A program made the translations under genes and the position numbers. A stretch of 37,748 bases of DNA from Paraglomus brasilianum (taxonomy: Eukaryota). Of this stretch, positions 10,438 to 23,153 are shown piece after piece. Position 1 is the stretch's first letter. Each line of letters starts with the position of its first letter. The stretch is taken from positions 1 to 37,748 of the forward strand of contig CAJVPI010000269.1 of assembly GCA_910592345.1 (NCBI GenBank), in the 5' to 3' direction. The notes under the pieces are model-generated. The model searched no databases. It worked only from the letters and a program-made list of their open reading frames with translations, and was not told where the DNA came from.

Positions 10438-13400
10438 CGTTTATGTCAAAGGAGGCCGTATGCATATGGTTTAAAGTTAAGATGACATGCGATGCATGTC
10501 AAATACCTAATAAGTACAATCATCATATACTGTAATACATGTTGTAATAGATCGAAATATTCTCATCTATTGATTGATAAGTCCAACTGCAATAAAAAAT
10601 AAATAAACAAACTGACATGCATGTCTCAGCGCAGATTATTGATTGATGTTTTGGTAAATGTTGCATTGTTAACGTTAATGGAGCGAGCGGAATAGGTTAT
10701 ATTTGGGTTGTGCTCCAGCGGGGAAATCCCGTGTACTACACCATGACCATCAAATACTATTAACAGTTATCGTATCATCGTTATCTCTGTGTGTTGCCCG
10801 AACGTATTTGTTTTGAATTTATTATTTTGACCCCCTGGTTTATTTACTCTTACACAACAAGGGAATATGAGACGAACAATATTTGATAGACTACATCCCA
10901 TAGTAATAGGTTCATCATTGCGATTACGTATACATGCATCTAACATAAGGGTAAAACAACAAGCAAGTTAACATAACCTACTGTCCGATGGTTCTTTTCA
11001 AGTGATATTGCTATGCACGTTCACAGGATTAAGGAATTAGCATGAAAACAGTATTATCATAGAACCGCAAAGAAAGCAATGACAATTATTGGTACATCAT
11101 CACAAGCAGCATAACATAAGATTCGTACCATGATTATTTACCAAACAGGACAATCTTGAGGTAAACCATTTTGGCGAGTTCTTAGTTTCGTAAAAAAATG
11201 CGATCTATAGATTCAATTATCAAGCCGCATTGTTTCCTGAGTCGGAAGCTACCATGTTTAAAAAAGAAATAGCAATGCAATATCCTCCTTTAGCTAAAAC
11301 AACCATTAGTCATATCGTACTTGTACTTTATTTGTTAAGGGCATAATAATGGTAATGCAACTGTTTAATCAGGTGGTATCGATTAATTGATTGCCTATAA
11401 ATGGGCAAGATCGAAAATTTGAACCAATGCAAATAATGGAGCAGCTCCGGAGGAATATTCCTATTACCAACTTTAGGCCAATAAGATGTTCATTGATGAG
11501 TTTCCGTAGATATCTGACAGTTATCGCGAATTTATAATTTACGATTAGGATGTGCTAAGGGGTAGCAGATTCTGTAACATCAAAAAGTCCGTTTGTTTGT
11601 TACTTCAAATGGTAATGGGGGCTTTGCTTATCGTGTGGAGGAAAGTGTGAGAAAGGCCGAGTCGTGTGAAACAATTATTAGCCACTAATACGTATCAATA
11701 GTTTTTATATCATGAATATGCTGGGACTTCAACTTTCGTACGTTCACAGGCCTATGTGAAATGCACGGGGCAACGCATCTGTTCACTGAACACGTTCTGG
11801 TCCTATGTGGATACGGTCTGCTACGAAATGAGCCAACGACAACTCCGCTATTTCAAAGCGATAGCTTATCAGACAATCTGATTGCACATTCGCTGCGAGA
11901 CAAGCGGAGACACCCATAACAGTGCAGAGGATTGAACAAACGTACTTTGGTCTTCTGGAACACTACCGAAAAAGGGCCACCAAACGTAGAAGATGGCCGT
12001 CCAAAACATATCTATCACTCCAAGCTTTCTCGAGTAACCAACCTTTTCCTCTCTCATGAGAGACGTCAACCCATTTTGTAAATAGATATATAGAATGTAC
12101 ACCGTATGTCTTGATAGGTAGTAGCAGCACAGTAAATTAGGGGTCACCCATATGCGCCTAAATAAAAGATCTGTTTATGGAGATCGTTGAAATTGCCTTA
12201 ACCTGTTCAATAAAGGGAGTGCCTTTGGTCTGACTTCACTTAACTGTGATTGTTTAATATTTGCTGCCGTGTAAACAAACGGATTCGGATAATGTGTAGC
12301 TGCCCTGTTTCACCACTACAATATTCACAATCGCCCAATTTATTACGGCAGGTTGATTCTTCTTTGTCATTGTTAAATAATAAATAATGTAGGTCAAATT
12401 ACTCGCAGATGGTTAGATAGCTTTTTAGATCAAAAACCTTTTGATACACAAAAATCATGTGATAAGAATAAATCAGGATCAAAAAGGGACCATCACATGG
12501 TTACACGACACACATCCCACATTAACATACCGTGTTCTCTTAATTTAAATTTTGGGGTTGACCTTATTTATAGATACAGTCGTACCTCTATAGTCACGCT
12601 GTCGGGAACAATGGGTAATGTTTATTTATTACATTATATTGCTCACAAAGAAAGTAGTACGAATAATGCATATGTTCAGAAAAAACGAACAAGCATCTTT
12701 CAAAATAAAGCTCTTTAGGGAAAAATATACCCATTCTTTAGGTATACATATTGTCAGCTAATTTCGCTTGTGTGGCTATTCATTATCTTGTTTTGAAAAT
12801 TTTCATCACTGCTTCGCAGGTACGCACATTAATCCTCTAATAGTGAATATTGATCAACAAATTCAAATTACTGAATTACCCCCTTCGCCAAAATAGAAAA
12901 TAAGCATTGACCAAACCGCGAATGGATTTTGTCGGCTGTAGTCATTTTCCAAACTGTAATATATAGGGTTCAAAATTTAAATTTGTGACAAAAGCATTAA
13001 TTCTGATCACGAGAATGAACAAAATTTTTTTTGTACAATAAAGATCGTAACCAAAATTACTTTTCATTTGCTTAATTTTTATTCGCATCAAACGCGATAG
13101 AAATTCATCTCACTTTTCATTATTCTTTTAAATAATCGGAATAACCTCAATGCCTAATATAAGGGAACAGTTCAGACGGAATATAATAATAATTATTAGC
13201 CTACAGAGAAACAGCAATACAGTACAACGAGCGAAGACCTTATTATTGAGAATCAATGATCCCTTCGCTCTTATTGACTATCCCCCAAAACAAGGAATTT
13301 CATTTAATAAAAAAACGAGAGTTAAGCCCTTACTTATTTGCTGGCAACCTAGGATTATCGGCCATTAAGACATGAACTCGTTATTATGAGCTCTTGTCTC

Positions 13401-13735
13401 GATTAATATAATATTATGGCTTTGATGCATTGTTTTAATAAAGCAGCATATATTTGACAGCTAATTGCTACACAAAAATGCCGTGTTAGTTAGCTTTCAA
13501 CCACTAGTGATCGTACAACTACACGTGAAGCTTACCAAGGCAAAGTGCACCACACGGCATCTCTGTCAAGAATGTTCTGTTTGTGTTCAGTGTTTAAGAC
13601 AACGAACTACGCCATCATGAAGAGTTAATATTATTCCCAATTCGGACCTTGACGGTTGCTTCTTGTATATAATGGAGGCTTGCTAGCCTTGTTCACTTTC
13701 AAAGTGTCGCTTTCAAAGCATACGTCTATTTCACG

Positions 13736-14402
13736 ATGGAGAAATGGAGTTCTCAGGTAAGATGTCTGTTATAAAATGGCCTGAATATGCTAAATGCTAC
13801 TATTACTATTCCTTACTTCCTTATTATCGGCATGTAGGAAGACTCTGTCTTGATTGATCTCTACAGCGTGCGGGGTCTCCAATGGGTAATGGTCTCCCGT
13901 ATCCTAGGTACCAAGTCTGCTCATCAGTGTGCTAAAAGGTGAAGTGACTGTGTTTTTACATGATATCCGTTGTAACGCTGTTGTATCCTACGTATTGACA
14001 TGATTATATTACTATGTTATTTCATTAATATAGATGGCAGAATGTCCTACGCCCTGGAAGTATGTAACTCTCAGATTTACATATTGCTACAATTCTCTTT
14101 TCACGTCGTAATTAACCATTATGCTTATTCGGAATAATAACAATAATCGTACCTTTCCATCTCTAGTCAATGACAGACCGTTCACCGCCCTTGAAAATGA
14201 TGCGGTTCGGCAGATGTATCGTGTCCATGGCCCCAGGTGGACTAGGATTGCTTCGGCTCTCCCTGATCGCACTCCAAAGATGGTGAAAACCAGCCGGGAG
14301 GAGATGCAAGCGGAGGAAGAGCGTATTAGAGCTCAAATGTCAATGGAGTATTTACTATGTCAAAGTGAGAAGCGTGGGACATGCGGGACAAATACCCAAT
14401 AA
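13736..14402 (+). CDS. Small two-repeat Myb/SANT protein, copy 4 (127 aa, 4 exons)
   Basis: Exons 13736-13756, 13838-13938, 14034-14059, 14167-14402. Protein: MEKWSSQEDSVLIDLYSVRGLQWVMVSRILGTKSAHQCAKRWQNVLRPGINDRPFTALENDAVRQMYRVHGPRWTRIASALPDRTPKMVKTSREEMQAEEERIRAQMSMEYLLCQSEKRGTCGTNTQ*. Confidence 0.85.
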
Positions 14403-14623
14403 TAATAAGGACAATCAATATTGATATGGATATAGATGGTAATAGATAAATAAGGATATTAATATTAATTAACGTTAATAAAAATAGAATAAAAATACAT
14501 TGATATATGACGTAAAGTGCGCAGCGCAGATTGTTATGTGTATGTGCGAGGTATGCACAGACTTGAAAGGGTGACGTTTCATCTACTTTTGTACAACGAT
14601 TGAAACTTCTCGCTATCCACAGG

Positions 14624-15572
14624 ATGTCCTCAGAAGAAAGTATAGATAAACAGCCAGAGAATGAAACACCCAAGTTCACTCCTGAAGAAATTGAAGAATT
14701 GTGCTCGGAAGCAAATGAATACAAGACGAAAGGCAATGACTTCTTTGGGCGATCAGAATATGAACAAGCTATAAGCATGTATCAAAGGGCATTAGATGTC
14801 TGTCCCTTGGAAAAGACAAAAGAAAGGGCCACGTATTGGAATAACCTTGGAGCATGTTATATGAAATTAGTAAATATACATGCAAAAACATGAACTTTGT
14901 GGTGTCGTTGATAGGACTTTTGTGCTAACAAGTCTGTCAATAGGGCAAATACAAGGAAGTTGTTGATGCTTGTACCAAAGGTATGTAACGCCGGCAGCAT
15001 AAATACTTTGAATGCGAATTGTCAAACTATGACTCAAATGCAAAGGTTTCTATATACTCTGTGTGCTTGTCGTTGAAAAGCCTTGGCAGATTGTCCGACG
15101 TATACAAAGGCACTACTTCGACGTGCTCAAGCAAACGAAAAGATTGGCGGGTTCAGTCCATTATCAAGTGCATTAGAAGGTATGTTGTGATTAAATTGGC
15201 CCGAGACAATCTTTGGATTCCTGATATTCAGTTAAAACCTTGAACCCCTCCTCAATTGCAATTCAAGACTACAAGACGCTCGAGTCCGACCAAGAGCATC
15301 AGAACAACCTCATACCACAATCACGGAAAACCGTGTCTCGTTCGGTTAGATCACTGGAATATCGAGTAGCCGAAGCGCAGGAGAAAGAAAAGGCCGAAAT
15401 GTTAGGAAAACTCAAGGATCTTGGCAATACAATCCTTGGAAATTTCGGTTTATCAACTGACAATTTCCAGTTTGTTAAGAATGATGAAACCGGATCATAC
15501 AACGTTCAATTTGTAAATAATACTGGGGAAAGTAGTAGTAATAGCAGTAGTAGTAGGGGAGAAAACTCGTGA
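14624..15572 (+). CDS. TTC1: Tetratricopeptide repeat protein 1-like (TPR co-chaperone), 4 exons
   Basis: Exons approximately 14624-14869, 14944-14980, 15081-15179, 15269-15572. TPR motifs KTKGNDFF..EYEQAISMYQRAL, WNNLGACYMKL and YTKALLRRAQANEK, plus the TTC1-type C-terminus EMLGKLKDLGNTILGNFGLSTDNFQFVKN.ETGSYNVQF. Confidence 0.9.
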
Positions 15573-15771
15573 GCGTTAATCTGATTTCGAGAACCATTTA
15601 ATAGATGTTTAAACGACTAATCTAATTACGGTATAGAATTCCTTTGATATTTATCGTTATATTAATAATGAATAAAATAAAGCTTATGGAACTGTGTTAC
15701 CACGTGTTACGATACACAAATACGGTTTCATCGATGGACCTTCACTTGATCTGCTTTTCGCACACATAGCT

Positions 15772-18700
15772 ATGGTAGCCGAACGGACATCATTCCTTGA
15801 GAATCAACCAAATCGAGAAGTAGCTCGGTTGGCTCTCACTTTGAGAGAAACTAGTGAGCAAGCTACGATGAATTATCGAGGGTTTTACGTTTCTGCCAAA
15901 CGGTCTATTGTCAATGAGGTTCTCGAAGCCATGGCTTCTGGATTAGACGTGTCAACATTGTTTAGTGATATGTTGATGGTAAGCAAAGGACTAGGATTGA
16001 TCTCAAAGAATGGACTTGTTTTTTAGCTGGCTCACAAGATTTAATCACTTGATAAAGGCCGCATCAACAAAGGATCTTGTTCAAAAGAAATTGGTATACA
16101 TGTACATTTCAACTCAAGCCTCTCAGAATGCAGAATTGGCCATCTTGGCAATTAATACTTTCCAGAAAGATCTCAGAGATGATAATGCTGTTGTACGTGG
16201 ATTAGCGCTTCGGACCATATGTTCGATGAGGTAGCATGTTTGTTTGTCTTTTTCAATATGCGCAGTTATCATTGTATTTACTATGTTCCCGTGTATCTTT
16301 AGGCTCTCGAACTATGTGGAATTTATGATTCCACCGTTGACAAAAGGACTAACTGATCCAAGTGCATATGTGCGAAAGATAGCCGTACTTTCATGCGTGA
16401 AATTATACCATATTGCTCCAGAGCATGTCGCAGGTATGCAAAAAGAAAAGATTTAGCGAGCACCATTTGTTCACTAAACACAATTACCTGTACGCTTTGC
16501 TGTTATAACCTTATGTAGACGGTGATCTCATCGAGTCTCTCTATAAATTATTAAGCGATGAAGACACCGAAGTGGTTGCCAATTGTATCTCTGCATTAAA
16601 CGAGATTTTAAGCTCTCAGGGAGGAATGGTTATCAACAAGGGTATAGCACGCAGCTTGCTTCATAGATTAATTGACTTTAGTGAATGGCATCAGTGTTTG
16701 GTACTTGATGCGCTTACAAGATATAAGCCAGATTCGGATGACGAATTATTTGAGATCCTGGTTAGTATTTCTCAGAGATAATAATCGCAAAGCGGTACAT
16801 GGACACACCTCCCCAATCGAGTATATTAACGTTTACATTAGAATACTCTAGACGATCGTTTACGACATCATAACTGCGGAGTTCAGCTTTCTACCGTAAA
16901 GTTATTTCTACATTGGACAGGGGATATGCCAGAGATACAAGAAGATATATATAAAAGAATAAGAGGTAATGTAATGTTACTTCAGTGGGGGCATGTTGGA
17001 CGCGATTATTCACGACTCGGTTATTTATTCCTTGGATTTCTTTTAGACCCGCTGGTATCGTTTCTCTCAACAGGAAATCCAGAGTTGGCCTACGCGTGTC
17101 TCGCACATCTGCAACTGCTCGCTGTACGTGCGCCGAAAATATTAAACGCTTACAGCAAACATTTCTACCGTCGGTAAGACAGTAATTTTAAGAGAAAAGA
17201 CTACTGTCTACGCAATGCAACACTACTGACACATTCATCTCTTTTCTTTGTAGTCTCAAGGATCCACCGTATTTGACATTAAAAAAGCTAAAACTTTTAG
17301 AGGCTATTGCGGATACTCAATCTGCAAAAGAGATCATTGATGAAATCAGGTTTGTATTCTGTGCGCAAACACTTTTTTCTCGAATTGGTTTTGTTTTCTT
17401 GGTATCGTAGATCAATCAATCGTGATTCAATTATTGGAGTCTATCGTAGTGGGTATATTACTGGTGCTGATGAAGAGATTACGCTAAAGTCGATTGAAAC
17501 AATTGCCAACATTGCCGTGAAAGTACATGACGTGATGGATTATGCAATAGAATTATTACTTAAAATAATGGAAACGGAAATAGAGGAGTTTGTCTCAGGA
17601 ACCGTGACTGTATTAACAAGTAAGGAAATAAATTATGTCGGAAAACGTTGATTTTTTTGGACTTAATACACATTTGTTCTCGTGCTGACGTCTATCCTTG
17701 AACTCTCTCTTAAGCGATTCTTCAAAGTAACAGTACTATTACTGCTAAGCTTCTCCTTCTGATTCCACAAGTCTGGCCTTCCATTTCGCTCTCAACTCCC
17801 GCGGGTCCTGCTTTTCTTCATCTCCTTGCCAAGAATGCGAGAACCCTCCCGGAAACACCGTACATATTAGAATCTTTGATTGACACGTTGGATCAATATC
17901 CGAACCCATCTTTCCGTATTCAATTACTTGATACTACCGTCGCTGTGTTTCTCGAACGCCCCGCAGAGTGTCAAAGTATACTTGGAAGACTGTTTAAAGA
18001 GACTATGAGAGATGAAGAATATATAAATGTTCAGGAGAGGGCTACGTTCTTGTATAGTTTGTTAGAAAGTGATATAGAGACGGTAAGTGGTGTGAATAAA
18101 TTTGTAGTGTATGCAAACTTGTAACTAATATGTAACTTTTTTTCCATAGGTAAAAAAGATCCTATTGGGTGATGATGGAGAGCATCTTCCAGGAGTAATA
18201 AAAGAGTCTGACGAGAATAAAGTAATAACAATATTAGCATTTGCTGCATTTTACAGTTATCATTCAGTAATCAGTTGGGATCGTTCCATTGACATTATTA
18301 GGAAGCCCTCTTTACAGAGTTTAATACGCTCTCCGTACTGTATGGCAAGAGATCAACATACTTTATTGATAAGGACCAAATTCCGCAAAATAACAAGGAC
18401 TTTATCTTTTTTATGCCCCCTGCTGACTTCATGTCTGACAAGGATAAGGTTGTTTTTTAAAAAATTGTTCAGTTTAATTATTATTGTTTGCTGATGAACA
18501 CTGAATACATACAGACTCGAGTGGATCTCGCTAGCGAATATGCATTATCAGCAACTACTTTTATAAATGCAAAAGAATTTAAAGCATCATGGACAACGTT
18601 CAAAGAAAGGTATTTTTCCCCCCTTCTAAGATGCTATCCTCGCCGACTATACTAACATTTTTGCTTTACATTTGTAGTCATTCACTTAGTCTTCCAATCC

Positions 18701-19046
18701 CAAAAGCACTAGTATCATCGATAAACCTGGAAACGCTAGAAAAGACTTTTGAACAATATTTTATATTCACTATAGCTTCTGGAGTCTCAAACAATGTACC
18801 CCGGTTGTTTGCATATGCCACTGAGGTAAGGTGTTGACGACGTTAAACGCGTATGTCTATAAACCTAATTAAAATTGATCATAAATCCTTTAGGTGCTGA
18901 CAACAACTCTGATGCTTTGTGAAATTAAACTCGACCTTGAGGTGTCTAAAGCTAATCTAGTTGTGAAATCCAATGAAAAAGACACTAAAGAAGTCGTCGA
19001 ATTTTTTGTCAAATGTATTAATAGCATTTTTCAATCGCTGGTATAA
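15772..19046 (+). CDS. AP4B1: AP-4 adaptor complex beta subunit (beta-4 adaptin), multi-exon
   Basis: Spliced exons give an adaptin N-terminal trunk (GLDVSTLFSDML, KDLVQKKLVYMYI, LAILAINTFQKDLRDDNAVVRGLALRTICSMR, AYVRKIAVL). Beta-4-type segments include GGMVINKGIARSLL, RYKPDSDDELFEILN, FLERPAECQSILGRL and EFNTLSVLYGK. A short hinge leads to a single appendage ending ...SIFQSLV* at 19046. Confidence 0.88.
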
Positions 19047-19339
19047 CAATAATGTCAAAAACTATGAACAATTTCATTCATATTCATCAGAAATGTTACT
19101 TGACTAGTCGTGACGTCATGCAGTCATGACTATTTTTAGGTCTTAGACAGTCACATACAATACACAGCATATTAATATGTACATTACAATACTTTCCAAA
19201 AAAATGAATCTGATTTGATGCTCGATTGTTTCATAACGTGATATTTCTCGTGATACGTGAGAACGTAAACAAGACATAAACGCGCACACGTTCTTTTCTT
19301 CTCTAACTTGACTAAATGGACCTTTCCTCCTTCCCTAAT

Positions 19340-19870
19340 GCAAATCGCTCCTTGAATTCCCTTTGCGATTGAAGCCATGACCGGACAAAAGATACCGCAA
19401 ATTGTTGGAAGTGCTTTGCAGCCAGCAAATTCAATTCAACTTGTCCCAGTTGCTGCACCCAATGGAAGTAGACTCAATTGACTGAGAAGAATTAGAATTT
19501 GTGTTTAAGTACAAAGAAGACCACAAAGACGCAACCTTAAAGAAAGCAAGAGAAATATTGGCAAAGGATGTGCTGCATATTAACAATAAGCCTTCCCACC
19601 CAATCGAGGGTAGGTATTGTTATCCAGTGACAGTTCTCGCGACATTTCATTTCCATGATGGGGGAAGAAAACTTGGAATGAAATGTTTGGTGACAAATCA
19701 AAAATGCCCATACCTGCTGGTGGATGGATTTCGATGAGTCATTTTACAGCAGTGCCTGTAATGGGCAACCAATTCTGTCCTTTGCAAGGGTTCAAATGCA
19801 GTTCATTGGAATTTGAGGACACGAATCGTGAAATATTACATATTATACACGGCAGTCTATCGTTCTAGCA
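19340..19870 (+). pseudogene. Possible degenerate coding fragment of unknown family
   Basis: Consecutive overlapping protein-like frames (FKYKEDHKDATLKKAREILAKD..., MFGDKSKMPIPAGGWISMSHF...) are broken by stops and frameshifts. No family recognised. Confidence 0.3.
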
Positions 19871-22800
19871 AAGGCTTTTCCTTAACAACGGTAAATATTA
19901 ATAATAAATCTAGAAGACACGAACCTCTAGTTTGTGCCAGCATGGTTTCATTCAGAGTTTTGGTGCAATTATTCCCAAACATAACCAGCGATCTGTCGAC
20001 TTAGTGGTGCCTATTTTACCTACATCTTCTGGATCTGCAAGAGACAGAGCTTCTGCAACGGACTTATTGATTCAGGATTCGTGAATTATTTAATAGATTT
20101 CATCTGGCGCGGGCTACTCATAAATTCGAAGATGCTTGAAATCAAATACAATTCAAAATCTTCCTGTATCCTACTGTATATGCATGCTTAGAGATTGTTT
20201 GTTCTTTACAGCACACACAGAAGAAAGTCTCAAAATATCCCTCTTATATCACATTGTACATGGACATTGGAAGATATAAAGCAGGGGTTAAGTAAATTCC
20301 TACATCACCAGTCAAATACATGATATTGAGAAGGCTTTGAAAAGCTTACAAGAATCTCCCTTGCCATAGGTGGAACAGATAATGCAACAACCCATCTTAC
20401 AAGCAATATAATGTCATGAGTACAAAGAAGATCTTGACTGCAACATAAACATGGACTTTCTTGAAGGAATAAGAGTTGTAACTTCCATATAGGAACCATA
20501 GTATGTAATGAGATTTTCTGTTGAGTAGCAAAACATGTGTGTTCATTTAAAACAAAACAGAGCTAGTGATGTGAACAGATTTGTATATATGACATTAAAC
20601 AAGGGGTTATAGAGAGTTAGAGGCATATAAAGAAGTTAAATGAAAAGAAAAAAGAATAAAATTTATTTACTTTATTAATATAAGTGTTATATACACATAT
20701 ATGTGCATAAGAAGTAGCAATTGGTTGAATATGAAAAAGCAATATGTTTCTTGGAGGTCAGTTGTAATTGTGGTTGCTCAAAAAGATTCCAAGAGAAAAT
20801 TTTACATGAAGCATTTCAAACCCTCTCTAGATCCAAACAAGATATATTTGTAATGATCCTAAAAGCAATGAACGGTGGATAAACAATTGCCCAGTTGACG
20901 TCTTAAAAAAAAAAGGCGCGTACTAATAAGAGAACTTTTTATTATTGAGATCGCAATACGCCTCTTTGTCAGAAAACGTATCCGGAATTGGCCGCACTCA
21001 TTTGAAAAACGTCAGAATCACACTCTGGCAACGAATGGTATCTATTGTGTTGCGTATTCACGGTAACATAAACGAATATCGTGATGAAAACCAAAATAAA
21101 ACTATGCTGAAAACGTCAATCGAATTACTCAATCGCTTATACTCTGCCAGCCGAAACAAGTTACAAATCGGTCTATCGTGATTTTATTGCAGGTCTCGAA
21201 ACGATAGCACATTGAATTGTTAAAACATGATGCATTCCGCAAGTTAAGGTGAAAGGGGATATTGTGGCGAACGATTAATATTGAGCAGATATTTATATGA
21301 ATGCATAATTCAGACTCACCGCTCCAAAAAAAATAAACGGCTGAATTGTTAAATGCGTGATTTTAAGCAACAAGCATTAATGGCATGGGAAAGCAGTCGT
21401 CATAACCCAGTAAAAAAGGTAAGGATAATGTTACGAGCTAAGTTCCCCGGTTTGTGAATAACGCTCTCCACAGACCCTAACTGACGTGCAAGCCATAACA
21501 ATATCAAATAAGTCAAATCAAACCAAACATATGCAATACGTAGAAAAACTCGGAGCATGCAGCGGCGAGCAAAAACATTGTGTTCAAACAACGAAAAGTT
21601 TAAACACATGAATAAGCAAGACAAAATGCAACCAGTAGTGCATACTCAAACATATTTAGGTAAACTTCAGTAAGCTACATCTTACAGAACGTCAACTTAT
21701 AGACACTCACGTGTGGATTTAGCTGAACTTCTATGTTAATAGTGTAGTGTTATCAGCTTAATTACGCAGAGTTGTACTAAAAAAGTATATTGGAATTACA
21801 CTCATTTTCCTCCCTCTTTCTCCGAACGTATAATATAATGCTTACAGTAACTGCATATATTAGATATACATGTATTAGTTTTTTTGTTGACAACAGCTGG
21901 TAACTATTGGTTACGGTCAGATGGTCCTGGGTGGAGATTATCTTTCGCGTAGGGGTGTTCAGGGATGTTACCAGATTTAGGTGTCATCGTCCTTACTACT
22001 ACTACGGTGATTGTACAATTAAGACTGAATAATCTACAAGTGACCTAATTTAATAATTAATGTGCGCGCTTATCCTACTCTCTATACGATATTCCTTACT
22101 CGTACTCCAAATAAAGGTGCCTACGATGGATAATCGCAACTACAATGATTATATCGCGAAATCGAAGGGGAATGTTTCTATTTTATAAATTAAACAGGGC
22201 TAACTTCGATTTGGTATTTTGACTAGTTGGGTATCGTCACTTAAACTAACTAATTAAACAAGAATCGTTTATTTGATATTGTTCCGTGGATATTGGCAAC
22301 AAGACTAAACAACTGATGATGGGATTTAAGTCGCCTATATATCTTCAGCGACACGGAAAATAGGGAGCGTCTCTGAAAATAACAAAATATCGTATGATAC
22401 ATGAAAAATGAATTAAATTCTAAGTTAGCTATGGACACAACGATCGAGGATCGGAGAGCGCTACAAATTAAGTTGATCATGGGGTTTTGTTTGACTGAAG
22501 TTTTGTTATTTAAAAATATGCATCCAAAATGTTAGTGTAAAATTGCGCTCTGTCACAAAAATGGCAATCAAATTGTTGCCCTAGTTAATCATAACACAAA
22601 ATTTGGTTTGTAATTCCATCTTTGGAGTGGAAATAGTTATAAGATACTTTGCCTGAAATGTATTGGAAAGAGAATAAACTTATAGAAACTGAGAACATAG
22701 AAAGAGAGAGAGATTGTAGTCCGTTGAGCAAATAATAATTTATAATATAGATTGGCGGTAAATTGATTAAAAATTATCGTCTACGATTTTGATTAGACTC

Positions 22801-23153
22801 GTTCACTAGGAGCCGCTGAGAATGAGTATAAGGAATCCTTAATTAAACGCGTCAAAATTTCATAATTAATACCTCTTTGGCTAAAAATTACTCTTAGTTG
22901 TTCTAATAAAATTGACAAATACTCTTGCAGATGCATTTTCATTTTTCGTATAACTAGGACAACACAATTGCAACAGGCATATTTTTAACATCTATTGTAG
23001 TAATAATTTGAATACTGCCATATTTTTCATATCCAAATTTAACAATAATTTTAGTAATAAAATTAAAAAACATGCTATTATTAATTATTATAACTACATT
23101 TAATCAGATAAATCTTAACAGGGGCATTTACTTATCTAATTTTATTATAATAA

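Noticed and set aside
12574..12620. TACAGTCGTACCTCTATAG resembling a pogo-type left TIR
   Set aside because: No matching right TIR found nearby.
14326..14778. 150-aa hydrophobic minus ORF
   Set aside because: Antisense to the TTC1 and Myb4 exons; the hydrophobic part comes from an AT-rich intergenic spacer.
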